Source: Allosphingosinicella sp.
GTDB taxonomy: Bacteria > Pseudomonadota > Alphaproteobacteria > Sphingomonadales > Sphingomonadaceae
Reading direction: 5' to 3'
Assembly: GCA_036262495.1 (NCBI GenBank)
Contig: DATAIU010000077.1
Coordinates: 1,108-65,107, forward strand
DNA: 64,000 nt
This document shows positions 56,501-64,000 of the stretch, one piece after another. The translations under genes were made by a program, and so were the position numbers. The notes beneath the pieces were generated by a model. It ran no database searches and was not told where the DNA came from. It was given only the letters and a program-made list of their open reading frames with translations. The first letter of the stretch is position 1. Every line of letters starts with the position of its first letter.

Positions 56501-59392
56501 ATCAGCGCCACCGACACGTTCGGCGCCGTGGTCGCGACCGGCACCGGCTCCGCCACCAACGACACGGACACGGTCGCGGTCACCGTCACTTCGGTCAACG
56601 ACGCGCCGACCGGGCAGAACGGCAACGCCGGCACGACCGAAGGCACGACCTACGTCTTCGGCCTGGCCGACTTCGCGACCGGCTTCGACGACCCGAACGA
56701 CAACCCCGACAACGTCTTCGCCGGTATCAAGATCGCCGCTCTGCCGTCGGCCGGGACGTTGAAGCTGAACGGCGTCGCGGTGAGCGTCGGCGACGTCATC
56801 ACGGCGACCCAGCTCAACAACGGCAACTTCACCTATGACGCGCCGGCGGGCTCGGCCGGCACCTCGCCGAGCTTCAGCTATTACGTAATGGACGATGGCG
56901 GCACCGCCGGCGGCGGCGTCAACACGGCGCTCAGCACGAACAGCTACACGATGAACATCGCCGCCGCGAACGCTTCGCCCCAAATCGACCTCAACGCGGG
57001 AGTCGCGGGGATCGACAATGCGGCGAACTACACCGAGAACGCCTCCGCGGTCCTTCTCGCCACGGGCCTCACGATCGCCGACGTCGACGATACCGACCTC
57101 GAGGGCGCCACAGTCTCGGTCGGCACGGGGTTCGTCGCCAACAAGGATGCGCTGACCGTCAACGGTCTCGCATCCGGAACGATCAACGGCATCACCTTCA
57201 GCTACAATGCCGCGACCGGCGTGCTGACCCTGACGGGCACCGCGTCGCTTGCGACCTACGAAGGCGTGCTCCGCCAAGTGGGTTTCGCCTCGACTGCCGA
57301 CGCCGGCGCCAGCCGCACGATCGACTGGAAAGTCAACGACGGCAGCACGAACAGCGCGGTCGCGCACACGGTCGTCACGATCGCCGAGATCAACGACGCA
57401 CCGGTCAATTCGCTCGGCGGCACGATCGGCACCGGCGAGGATGCTGTCGACGCCTGGCTCAGCGGAATGTCGATCTCCGATCCGGACGCCAATCCGGCGA
57501 CCGACCTGGTGACCGTCGTCTTCCACGTCGCCAACGGAACGCTCGACATCCGCACCGACGTCGTGGGCGGCGTCACCAACGCGCAGGTGAGCGGGGACGA
57601 TACCGGCACGGTAACCGTCACCGCGACCCTGAACGCGATCAACGCGACCCTCGCGGCGTCGAACGGGCTCACCTACACGCCGAACCTCAACTACAACGGA
57701 AGCGACACGCTCACGGTCACCACCAACGACCAGGGCCACAACGGAAGCGACCCAGGCCTCACCGGGAACGGTACCAGCGAAGAGGACGTCGACACCCGCA
57801 CGATAACGATCTCGGCGGTCGACGATCCCGCGGTCGCGAACGACGACAATGCGTCGACCCCGGAGAACGCGACGAAGGTCATCACGGTCCTCGCCAACGA
57901 TTCCGACGTCGACGGGCCGGCGCCGCAGGTGACGCAGATCGAGGGCACCGCCGTCGTCGCGGGCCAGACGGTCACGCTCGCGTCGGGCGCGAAGGCGACG
58001 CTGAACGCCGACGGCACCATCACCTACGACCCGAACGGCAAGTTCAACTGGCTGGCCGACAACACGTCCGGCGCGGTCAACACCTCGGCTCAGGACAGCT
58101 TCGCCTACACGGTGACCGGCGGCGACACGGCAATTGTGACCGTCACCGTGAACGGCGTCGCCGGGCCGGGCGACCTGCTCTACGGCGACAGCGGCAACAA
58201 CACGATCACGGGCACGCCGAACGTCGACATCTTCATGCTCCAGCAGGGCGGCAGCGACACCGCCTATGGCCTCGGCGGCAGCGACGGCTTCTACATGGGC
58301 GGCGCGCTCGACGCGCTCGACTATCTGGACGGCGGCGACGGCAGCAACGACCAGCTCATCCTGCAGGGCAATTACGGCGCCCAGCTCACGCTCGGCGCGA
58401 ACAACCTGCTCAATATCGAGGTGCTCGCTCTGGTCTCGGGGACCAACACGCAGTTCGGCGATACGGCGAACAACCTTTACGATTACAATCTGAAGTCGGT
58501 GGATGCGAACGTCGCCGCCGGACAGCGCCTGGTGATCGACGCGACGGCGCTCAAGGCCGGCGAGGACTTCACCTTCGACGGTTCGGCCGAGACGAACGGC
58601 GCCTTCACCATCGGCGGCGGCAACGGGACCGACACGCTGACCGGCGGCGCGGGGGCGGACCTGTTCCTCTTCCACAGCCAGGGCCAGTGGGGCTCCAGCG
58701 ACTCGGTCAACGGCGGCGGCGGCCAGGACGAGCTGGCGCTGCGCGGCAATTACACCGTCACGTTCGGCGCCACCGCGATGACCGGGATCGAAGTCATCTC
58801 GCTCCTCTCGGGCCAGATCGCGCGGTTCGGCCATGTCGAGGGGAATTTCAATTACAACATCACGACGAACGATGCGAACGTCGCCGCCGGGCAGCGCATG
58901 GTGATCGACGCCGGGCAGCTGACTGCGACCGAAACGGTGCAGTTCAACGGCAGCGCCGAGACCAACGGCTTCTTCTGGATCGCCGGCGGCGCCGGCAACG
59001 ACGTGCTTATCGGCGGCGCAGGCAACGACCTGCTCATCGGGGGCGGCGGCGTCGACGCCCTCACTGGCGGAAACGGCAACGACACCTTCCGCTACCGCTC
59101 GGTGTCGGAGTCGACGGCGGCCAGTCCGGATAGCATCGGCGACTTCAAGCTCGGCGACGTGATCGACCTGTCGCGGATCGACGCGAACACCAACCTCGCC
59201 GGCGACCAGGCGTTCAGCTTCGTCGGCAACGCCGCGTTCAGCAATACGGCGGGGGAGCTGAGGTTCCAGCTGGTCAGCGGTCAGCAATGGCTGGTCCAGG
59301 GCGACGTCAACGGCGACGGCGTCGCCGACTTCGCTTTGCTCGTCACGACGCCCGACAATAACCCGATCACGAGCGGCGACTTCCTGCTCTAG
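50567..59392 (+). CDS. giant (2941 aa) T1SS-type secreted RTX protein: N-terminal Ig/cadherin-like modules, about 1100-aa parallel beta-helix-like region, embedded metzincin motif, SdrD-B/CNA-B-like domain, tandem cadherin/VCBS-like modules, C-terminal RTX repeats
   Basis: ATG at 50567 follows GAGGGG. No Sec signal peptide is present. Repeated ..DNDTDPDGD..TYTPNANYNGSDSFTY.. modules occur. RTX nonapeptides are GGAGADLFLF and GGAGNDVLIGGAGNDLLIGGGGVDALTGGNGNDTF. A serralysin-like C-terminal block (DVIDLSRIDANTNLAGDQAFSFVG...GDVNGDGVADFALLV) ends in D-F-L-L. The T1SS genes are adjacent. Confidence 0.9.
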   Translation: MALTVTRSTTLFNDLDGDSAFDPGEIVLTKIRLTNGGTPVTNVSVTDTLNGVTVVPGSVKVTPIAVDDNFNITGNTPITLTFAQLLGNDVDPDGLNSGLTVTNVTSASAGSSFTVDYNAQTVTFTPQTGLDIGQTASFQYTITDAQGLQSVSTGIVTLNITDVVWYVDNTASAAGADGSYLHPFTSLTPLNAVGDVDSANETIFVYHNGGNYTAGIALEAGQKLIGDGVAFSANNKSIGGTLSSPGGADVATNAVISQTTGTILTLSTDNTVKGLTFDSNGSTVVGMADNGGSVTTAAGTLLVSNVSFTGTGQAVDIDAGGNLNVTIDSLTSTGAGTNMQGVQLAGTASSGTGLISGSFTVTGGNIQSASGDDFLIGGSGPSSGGTIAVTYAGTLGTSINGSALRIADRLAGSGDINFTGNIFQNSGASSATAGLSFSNIAGGNINLTGTKTILVTAGSQHAISISVMSAGTINLTNGAIDIDFQNAASGNAFSVGSLSGGSVNVSTAADIDFTGTASGRGISMASVSGGSVNFTGGNLTINTLAGTGIADDAAGTGGQLNISGAGNAVASTTGKLVDLNNIGTTGIALSSASSTGIVAGDAILLNNVDAVSAGSVSITTVNIAGGTSAGADGIRVQGGGTANVSLGTVTVTNAGQDGVEVNGAGNGTVTITSLTTTGATSNGLNVTSSDNSVTVNGGTIDAAAAGNAVLVSGGTGAVTIAAGLTKTTAGNVLEVSNHSSGTIAVSGAVSATGGQDNGILLTNNTGGQINLTGNVTLTTGAFAGLTFTNTAGTGATVTLSGGNLNLDTTSGTGVNATSTTIGAGTLNVTGANNSIAATSGRAINVDGVTLNMTLHDVGTTGGGTTTGVYLKNTGAGGQFVVTGTGSTAGSGGTIANVGGTDNNVQTGIGMYLENVSNVSLANLIFGATGATAGNFGIRGENVTNFTLTDSEFRGNFGDNAGADEGTIRFGTQSTSTGLKGTALFQGNVFNPSNASSGAVEDTLGIYVYGNNTLNLTIKDSANDQSIFGVNNAASGGDGIVIDNGGTSNVTALIDGVTFNGARSDLLQATMNGTGATQTITIQNNTFANSMVTSLGGGISVGATGSNYNLNYTIQGNTFTGARSGAVIHGMVNGAGTVKGLILNNIIGTDDGALGGIGGTNGMINGSGIFAGIDGTSGTVNYALRIEGNQIRDIASGIGGGIFLRSNITPGTGGRLEATIKNNTVEEINNTAGQNGQGLFGSLYLQVGGATTTDIGLLGVELQNNRFDNSGSTYGNAIIIDQVSAAAHVIVPGFGGPFDGIAAETPLTNYWQGKGNVLVNGTAANSATKVDALTAQGIQNTAFVLAVPILEAPQANNGWEIDDPLAPAIAEKGPDANVVDTSGESGGAASTDGGSTGDAGGSTATGGATPGPAPTVVDDGVLSQAELDLIVAAAIQRWADAGASEEQIAAMRAVDINVVDMAGIYLGDSTQGVINVDSDGAGKGWFIDATPGEDSEFSGAGNPLTAAAGGGAEGRIDLLTVVMHELGHQIGLDDIYQNAEADELMYGYVNAGERRLPQADDLAGADGTLGVSNGYALSPVIVGTIPANKIVDVYFQATIDGQTDKFIVNPANTSTANYDPSLTATANETMTLDSLTLGNRVFNDLNFNGLYDSGEGVVGVMLDIYADTNDSGGWDAGDALLGNTTTLAGGLYSFAGLAPGDYIVVVRASNFNSGQPLFGLQSVAGGTDPDDNIDNDDNGVAIAGGAFASQTITLAYNSEPTTDGDADADTNLTLDFGFKGNQAPDAVNDSVTVAEDSGANDLTSQLLSNDTDPDGDTRTITGGTNGANGTVSVSAGVLTYTPNANYNGSDSFTYTISDGQGHTDTATATVTVTAVNDAVTTSAPLTATVGEDASNVAITGLSISDVDATLAPAGVYEVTLSATHGLLTLTTITGLTFTGGDGTSDATMTFHGTLAAINTALATAKYTPDANYNGAAAIQISATDTFGAVVATGTGSATNDTDTVAVTVTSVNDAPTGQNGNAGTTEGTTYVFGLADFATGFDDPNDNPDNVFAGIKIAALPSAGTLKLNGVAVSVGDVITATQLNNGNFTYDAPAGSAGTSPSFSYYVMDDGGTAGGGVNTALSTNSYTMNIAAANASPQIDLNAGVAGIDNAANYTENASAVLLATGLTIADVDDTDLEGATVSVGTGFVANKDALTVNGLASGTINGITFSYNAATGVLTLTGTASLATYEGVLRQVGFASTADAGASRTIDWKVNDGSTNSAVAHTVVTIAEINDAPVNSLGGTIGTGEDAVDAWLSGMSISDPDANPATDLVTVVFHVANGTLDIRTDVVGGVTNAQVSGDDTGTVTVTATLNAINATLAASNGLTYTPNLNYNGSDTLTVTTNDQGHNGSDPGLTGNGTSEEDVDTRTITISAVDDPAVANDDNASTPENATKVITVLANDSDVDGPAPQVTQIEGTAVVAGQTVTLASGAKATLNADGTITYDPNGKFNWLADNTSGAVNTSAQDSFAYTVTGGDTAIVTVTVNGVAGPGDLLYGDSGNNTITGTPNVDIFMLQQGGSDTAYGLGGSDGFYMGGALDALDYLDGGDGSNDQLILQGNYGAQLTLGANNLLNIEVLALVSGTNTQFGDTANNLYDYNLKSVDANVAAGQRLVIDATALKAGEDFTFDGSAETNGAFTIGGGNGTDTLTGGAGADLFLFHSQGQWGSSDSVNGGGGQDELALRGNYTVTFGATAMTGIEVISLLSGQIARFGHVEGNFNYNITTNDANVAAGQRMVIDAGQLTATETVQFNGSAETNGFFWIAGGAGNDVLIGGAGNDLLIGGGGVDALTGGNGNDTFRYRSVSESTAASPDSIGDFKLGDVIDLSRIDANTNLAGDQAFSFVGNAAFSNTAGELRFQLVSGQQWLVQGDVNGDGVADFALLVTTPDNNPITSGDFLL

Positions 59393-59422
59393 GGGGCGCT
59401 CCGCTTCGGCCGAACGGGCTGG

Positions 59423-59444
59423 CCGGCGGGTTCGTTCCCGCCGG
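59423..59444 (+). terminator. candidate stem-loop downstream of the giant gene (weak terminator)
   Basis: CCGGCGGG ttcgtt CCCGCCGG forms an 8-bp perfect stem 30 nt after the stop. It has no clean U-run, so termination is uncertain. Confidence 0.3.
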
Positions 59445-59711
59445 TCATGTCGTTGAAGAAAAACGAATAATTCGCGCGCCGAAGTGAGCGTCACGGGCGC
59501 CATAGCGTGGCTTTGCGGCTACCCAGCGGCCGGCTTCTGTGGCATTGCCGGACGGCGCGATTCGCATCGGGAAAAGCGCGACGACGGGGGACGCGGGTCG
59601 CGGCCGGGGGGCCGCCTTCACGAAAAGCCCTGAGGCTGAACAGACGAGCGGCGCCGCCCGCTTTGGCGCGGGCGGGCGGGTGCGCTCTTATCGAAAGGTT
59701 GTCAGGTCATC

Positions 59712-62700
59712 ATGGTCAGCACGACGCTCGTGATCAACGAATTCGCTGTCGCCGGTGCGAGCGCCGCCGATGAATATGTCGAGATCAAGAACATCAGCGG
59801 CCAGGAGATCGACCTCACAGGCTACCGGATCGTGTACCGTTCCTCGGCGGGAACGACAGACGTCGCTGTTTTCGCGTTCCCGGCGGGCACGAAGATCGCC
59901 GCGGGCGGATATCTTCTGATCACCAATTCGTCGGGCTACGCAGGAGCCGTGGCCGGCGATTTTACCTGGACCACAGGGAGCACGGGCACGTTTGCTGCTG
60001 CCGCGGGAGGACTCGCTATCCGCAACGGCGCCCTCAACACCGGGACGATCGTCGACTCGGTGGCTTACGGAACGGCGACAAACGCATTTCGAGAAGGCGG
60101 CGCGAACGCTCCCGCTCCTTCCTCGGCGCAGGCGGCGCTGCGGAGCCAGGATACCGACAGCAATTCGACCGACTTCGCGGTCGGAGCGCGTGCTCCGCAA
60201 AATTCCAGCACAACGCCGGGTCCCATAGGTCAGACGCAGACCGTTCAGTTCAACCCGGTCTCGGTGACTCACGACGAGGGCAATAGCGGCAGCACGGCCT
60301 ACGTCTTCACGGTCACCCGGACCGGCGGGACCACCGGCCAGCTCGATTTCTCCGGCACGATCGCGGCGGGGACGACGAACGGCGCCGATTATGTCGGCGG
60401 CACCGCGCCGACGACGTTCAGCGGCTCCATCGCGGCCGGGCAAACGAGCGCCACGGTCACGGTCAACGTCCAGGGCGATTTCACGGTCGAATCGGCCGAG
60501 GCCTTCACGCTCACGCTCACCAACGCGACCAACGCCGACGGAACCGTCACCGTCTCGATCGGCGCGAACAGCGGCGCCACCGGAAACATCACCAACGACG
60601 ACGGCCCTGGTACGATCAACATCGACGACGTCGTCATCGCCGAGGGCGATTCGGGGACGACCTCGGGAAGCTTCGCCCTGCACCGCGTCGGCGGCGCGAC
60701 CGGCACCGTTAGCGTCGATTACACGATCACCCTTCCGGGCGGCGCCGGCGGCGCCGACGGAACGGACGTCACCGGCCCGCTGACCGGCACGGTCACCTTC
60801 CTCGAGGGCCAGACCGGCGCCTCGGTGCCCTTCACGATCAACGGCGACGTCACCAACGAGCCGAACGAGACCTTCACCGTCGCGCTCGCAAACGCGACGG
60901 GCGGCGCCTCGATCGGCGACGGCTCGGCGACCGCGACGATCACCAACGACGATGCCCCGCCGACCCTCTCGATCGGCGACGCGACCTTGGTCGAGGGCAA
61001 TGGCGGGATCACCTATCTCGTCTTCACGGTGAGCCTCTCCAAGGTGTCGCTCGATCCGGTCACCGTCGATTTCGCGACCGCGAACGGAACCGGGACGGCC
61101 GGGAGCGACTATCTGGCGCTAAGCGGCCAGGTCGGCTTCGCCGCCGGCGAGCTGACCAAGACCGTTTCCGTCGCGGTCGTCGGCGACACCGCCATCGAGG
61201 CCAACGAAACGCTCACCGTCGGCCTCTCCAACCCGGTCAACGCGACGATCCTGGACGGAAGCGGCCTCGGCACGATCACCAACGACGACACGCTCGCTTA
61301 TCATTTGCTCGCCGCGGGTCCTCTCTCCGAGAACTGGACCGACACGAGCCGCATCGCCGCCAACGACGACTGGAGCAAGATCGCCTCGATCCGCGGCTAT
61401 CTCGGCAACACCGATCCCGACGGCGCCGCGACCGGCGTCGATCCGCGGACCATCACCGGCGCCAATCCGGGAGACGTAGACGTCATCGCGAACCTCACGG
61501 CCACGACCAGCACCTCGGGCGGCGTCGGCGAGTTCCACCTCGCCGATCCCACCATCGGCCTGCAGGGCTCGGGCACCGCCGACGCGCCGAGCATCGTCCT
61601 TTTCCTCGACGCCAGCGGCCGCACCGACATCCGCCTGACCGCCAACCTTCGCGACATCGACACCACCGCCGACAATGCCGCCCAGCAGGTCGCGGTCCAG
61701 TATCGCACCGATCCGAACGGTGCCTGGACCAACGCGCCCGGCGGCTATTTCGCCGACGTGACCACGGGCGGCACGGCGACGCAGGTGACGGCGCTCGACG
61801 TCACGCTCCCGGCCGACGCCAATTATTCGCCGACGCTGCAGATCCGGATCCTCACCACCAACGCGGCCGGCAACGACGAATGGGTCGGCGTCGACGACAT
61901 CGTCGTCACGAGCGCACAGGGGAGCCTGCCGAGCTACGGAATCGCCGACGCCGCCGCTTATGAAGGCACCGGAGCCTCGCCGACCCCCATCAGCTTCACC
62001 GTGACCCGCGTCGGCGATTCGAGCGCGGCCGGGACGGTCGATTACAGCGTCACCTTCGCGGGCGGCGGCTTCAGCGCGGGCGCCTCGGACCTTTCCTCGC
62101 CGCTGGCCGGCACGGTCAGCTTCGCTCCCGGCGAGACCTCGAAGATTCTGACCCTCGACATCGTCGCCGACTCGACGCCGGAGGCCGACGAGGCATTCAC
62201 CGTCGCCCTCTCCAATCCGTCGTCGGGCAACGTCACCCACCCGGCCGCCACCGGCACGATCGTCAACGACGACGGCGCGCCGCCCTACGTCACCGTTTCC
62301 GACGTCAGCAAGGACGAGGGGAATTCGGGCACGACCAGCTTCGCCTTCACCGTGACGCGAACCGGCGGCACGGGCGCGTTCAGCGTCGATTACGCGACCC
62401 TCGACGGCACCGCCTCGGCCGGGGACGATTATGTCGCGGCCGCCGGCACCCTCAATTTCCTCGCCGGCGAGAATTCGAAGACGGTGACGGTCACCGTCAA
62501 CGGCGACACGATTCCCGAGCTTCGCGAGACCTTCTCGCTCCAGCTCTCCAATCCGACCGGATTTGCGGTGCTCGCCGATCCGGCCGGCACGGCGACCATC
62601 CTCAACGACGACCTCACCGCGATCTACGTCATCCAGGGCAGCGGCAACTCGTCGCCGCTCGTCGGCCAGGAGGTCCGCACCCGCGGCATCGTCACGGCGG

Positions 62701-64000
62701 TCGACAGCAACGGCTATTACATCCAGGACGCGGCCGGCGACGGCAACAGCGCGACCTCGGACGCGGTCTTCGTCTTCACCGGCGCGACGGCCCCGACCGT
62801 CACGGTCGGCGAGCTCGTCGAGGTGACGGGCACCGTCACCGAGTTCGTCGCCGGCACCAACGCGCTTTCAGTGACGGAAATCTCCAGCGTCACCACGACG
62901 ACGCATATCTCGACCGGCAATCCGCTGCCCGCCGCGATCGTCATCGGCGCGGGCGGGGTCGTTCCGCCGACCGCGAACGGCCCGGGCGACGGCTTCGGAA
63001 ACGCACTCGCCTTCTACGAATCGATGGAGGGAATGCTCGTCACGGTGAAGGCGCCGCTCGTCGTCTCCGACACTAACAGCTTCGGCGAGACCTGGGTGCT
63101 AGCCTCGGGCGGCGCCGCAGCGACCGGAGTCAACGCGCGCGGCGGAATCACCCTCTCCTCGGGCGACTACAATCCCGAGCGGATCCAGATCGACAACGAC
63201 GCCAATCTGAGCCCGACCTACACTCCGACGCACACGACCGGCGACGTGCTGGCCGACGTCACCGGGATAATGAATTACGCGAACACGAGCTACGAAGTGC
63301 TCGTCATCGGCACTGTTTCGACGACCACCGACATCACTCTGCCCAAGGAGACGACGAGCCTCGCGAAGGATGCGGGACACCTGACCGTCGCCAGCTACAA
63401 CGTCGAGAATCTCGACGTCGGCGACGGCCAGGCCAAGTTCGACCTGCTCGCGGGCAATATCGTCTACAACCTCGCGGCGCCGGACATCATCGGCCTCCAG
63501 GAAGTGCAGGACGCCGACGGCCCGGGCAACGGCTCCGACCTCTCGGGCGTCGTCACGGCGCAGAAGCTGATCGACGCGATCAAGGCGATCGGCGGTCCGA
63601 ACTACGTCTATATCGAGATCGCGCCGACGACGGCGGGCTCCACGGGCGGCGAGCCGGGCGGCAATATCCGCAACGGCTATCTCTACAATCCCGATCGCGT
63701 CACCTACGTCGCGGGCAGCGCTCACCTGATCGACGTCTCGGCGTTCAACGGCAGCCGCAAGCCGCTGGTCGCCGACTTCATCTTCAACAACCAGACCATC
63801 GAGCTGATCAACGTCCATCTCACCTCGCGCCTCGGCAGCGAAGACCTCGAAGGCGCCCACCAGCCGGCGACGAACGCGGGCGACGCGACGCGCACCGCCA
63901 TGGCGCAGGCGGTCCGGTCCTACGTCAACGACACGTTGGCGACCAACCCGGCGCTGAAGCTCGGCGTGCTCGGCGATTTCAACGGCTTCTATTTCGAAGG
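59712..64000 (+). CDS. ExeM/NucH-type extracellular nuclease (LTD, 5 Calx-beta, OB-like, endonuclease/exonuclease/phosphatase domain), 3' end outside window
   Basis: Absent from the ORF track because there is no stop in the window. The ATG at 59712 is the first possible start after the in-frame TGA at 59637. The N-terminal lamin-tail domain is LVINEFAVAGASAADEYVEIKNISGQEIDLTGYRIVY. Five Calx-beta units follow (e.g. GSDYLALSGQVGFAAGELTKTVSVAVVGDTAIEANETLTVGLSN). Next is IYVIQGSG...VEVTGTVTEF. The EEP start is LTVASYNVENLD...DIIGLQEVQD from about 63381. Confidence 0.8.
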   Translation, partial: MVSTTLVINEFAVAGASAADEYVEIKNISGQEIDLTGYRIVYRSSAGTTDVAVFAFPAGTKIAAGGYLLITNSSGYAGAVAGDFTWTTGSTGTFAAAAGGLAIRNGALNTGTIVDSVAYGTATNAFREGGANAPAPSSAQAALRSQDTDSNSTDFAVGARAPQNSSTTPGPIGQTQTVQFNPVSVTHDEGNSGSTAYVFTVTRTGGTTGQLDFSGTIAAGTTNGADYVGGTAPTTFSGSIAAGQTSATVTVNVQGDFTVESAEAFTLTLTNATNADGTVTVSIGANSGATGNITNDDGPGTINIDDVVIAEGDSGTTSGSFALHRVGGATGTVSVDYTITLPGGAGGADGTDVTGPLTGTVTFLEGQTGASVPFTINGDVTNEPNETFTVALANATGGASIGDGSATATITNDDAPPTLSIGDATLVEGNGGITYLVFTVSLSKVSLDPVTVDFATANGTGTAGSDYLALSGQVGFAAGELTKTVSVAVVGDTAIEANETLTVGLSNPVNATILDGSGLGTITNDDTLAYHLLAAGPLSENWTDTSRIAANDDWSKIASIRGYLGNTDPDGAATGVDPRTITGANPGDVDVIANLTATTSTSGGVGEFHLADPTIGLQGSGTADAPSIVLFLDASGRTDIRLTANLRDIDTTADNAAQQVAVQYRTDPNGAWTNAPGGYFADVTTGGTATQVTALDVTLPADANYSPTLQIRILTTNAAGNDEWVGVDDIVVTSAQGSLPSYGIADAAAYEGTGASPTPISFTVTRVGDSSAAGTVDYSVTFAGGGFSAGASDLSSPLAGTVSFAPGETSKILTLDIVADSTPEADEAFTVALSNPSSGNVTHPAATGTIVNDDGAPPYVTVSDVSKDEGNSGTTSFAFTVTRTGGTGAFSVDYATLDGTASAGDDYVAAAGTLNFLAGENSKTVTVTVNGDTIPELRETFSLQLSNPTGFAVLADPAGTATILNDDLTAIYVIQGSGNSSPLVGQEVRTRGIVTAVDSNGYYIQDAAGDGNSATSDAVFVFTGATAPTVTVGELVEVTGTVTEFVAGTNALSVTEISSVTTTTHISTGNPLPAAIVIGAGGVVPPTANGPGDGFGNALAFYESMEGMLVTVKAPLVVSDTNSFGETWVLASGGAAATGVNARGGITLSSGDYNPERIQIDNDANLSPTYTPTHTTGDVLADVTGIMNYANTSYEVLVIGTVSTTTDITLPKETTSLAKDAGHLTVASYNVENLDVGDGQAKFDLLAGNIVYNLAAPDIIGLQEVQDADGPGNGSDLSGVVTAQKLIDAIKAIGGPNYVYIEIAPTTAGSTGGEPGGNIRNGYLYNPDRVTYVAGSAHLIDVSAFNGSRKPLVADFIFNNQTIELINVHLTSRLGSEDLEGAHQPATNAGDATRTAMAQAVRSYVNDTLATNPALKLGVLGDFNGFYFE

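Noticed and set aside
50567-59392. LapA/LapG/LapD-type adhesin retention system
   Set aside because: No LapG (DUF920) or LapD (GGDEF-EAL-HAMP) homologue is in the window. The N-terminus of the giant protein does not resemble the LapA retention module. The TAAAG string near residue 1500 is internal and probably coincidental.
54515-59503. 1662-aa ORF on the minus strand
   Set aside because: It is fully antisense to the giant RTX gene. Its composition is dominated by Arg/Gly/Asp/Ala/Val, as expected from reading a GC-rich gene backwards. No recognisable motifs are present, whereas the + strand frame has clear domain repeats and RTX motifs.
59539-59733. 64-aa and 88-aa + strand ORFs between the giant gene and the nuclease gene
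   Set aside because: They are Arg/Ala/Gly-rich with no RBS, overlap each other and overlap the nuclease start. They are more likely non-coding intergenic sequence containing hairpins.

Overview
High-GC bacterial chromosome segment. Gene content and protein sequences look alphaproteobacterial, probably sphingomonad-like. No rRNA, CRISPR array, transposase, integrase or prophage gene was seen. (1) About 1-34 kb is conserved housekeeping: rpmF-plsX-fabH-ihfA-MerR, a DinG/XPD-like Fe-S helicase, class I LysRS, two tandem DUF885 lipoproteins, an amidohydrolase/2OG-oxygenase pair, rpsU, the pyrE-pdxJ-acpS-lepB operon, an aa3 cytochrome c oxidase cluster (coxB-ctaD-ctaB-small ORF-ctaG-ctaE-SURF1), an M16 peptidase, ccmAB and tRNA-Ser(GGA). 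(2) About 34-43 kb, directly after the tRNA, looks more accessory. It holds an ECF sigma/anti-sigma pair, a secreted S8 protease with a long Ala/Gln/Arg-rich N-terminal region, an atypical FixJ/LuxR response regulator, a small Ala-rich secreted protein, an OMP barrel, an MFS transporter, and gluconolactonase plus glucokinase. (3) About 43.3-64 kb is a single-strand export/biofilm locus. In order it encodes small ORFs, an orphan lasso-peptide-B2-type cysteine protease translationally coupled to a McjD-like ABC exporter, TolC, a PrtD-type T1SS ABC and a HlyD adaptor. An AT-rich gap with a perfect 18-bp palindrome follows. After that come a 2941-aa RTX/beta-helix/cadherin-like protein with an embedded HEXXHXXGXXD metzincin motif and a signal-peptide-less ExeM/NucH-type nuclease (LTD, five Calx-beta domains, EEP) that runs off the window. 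The most unusual item is the B2 protease plus exporter module, which has no lasso cyclase, no RRE and no obvious precursor, and is fused into the T1SS operon. Many very long ORFs in the six-frame track are antisense or off-frame artefacts of the high GC content and were rejected. All calls rest on reading the translated sequences and the DNA by eye; no database search was run.
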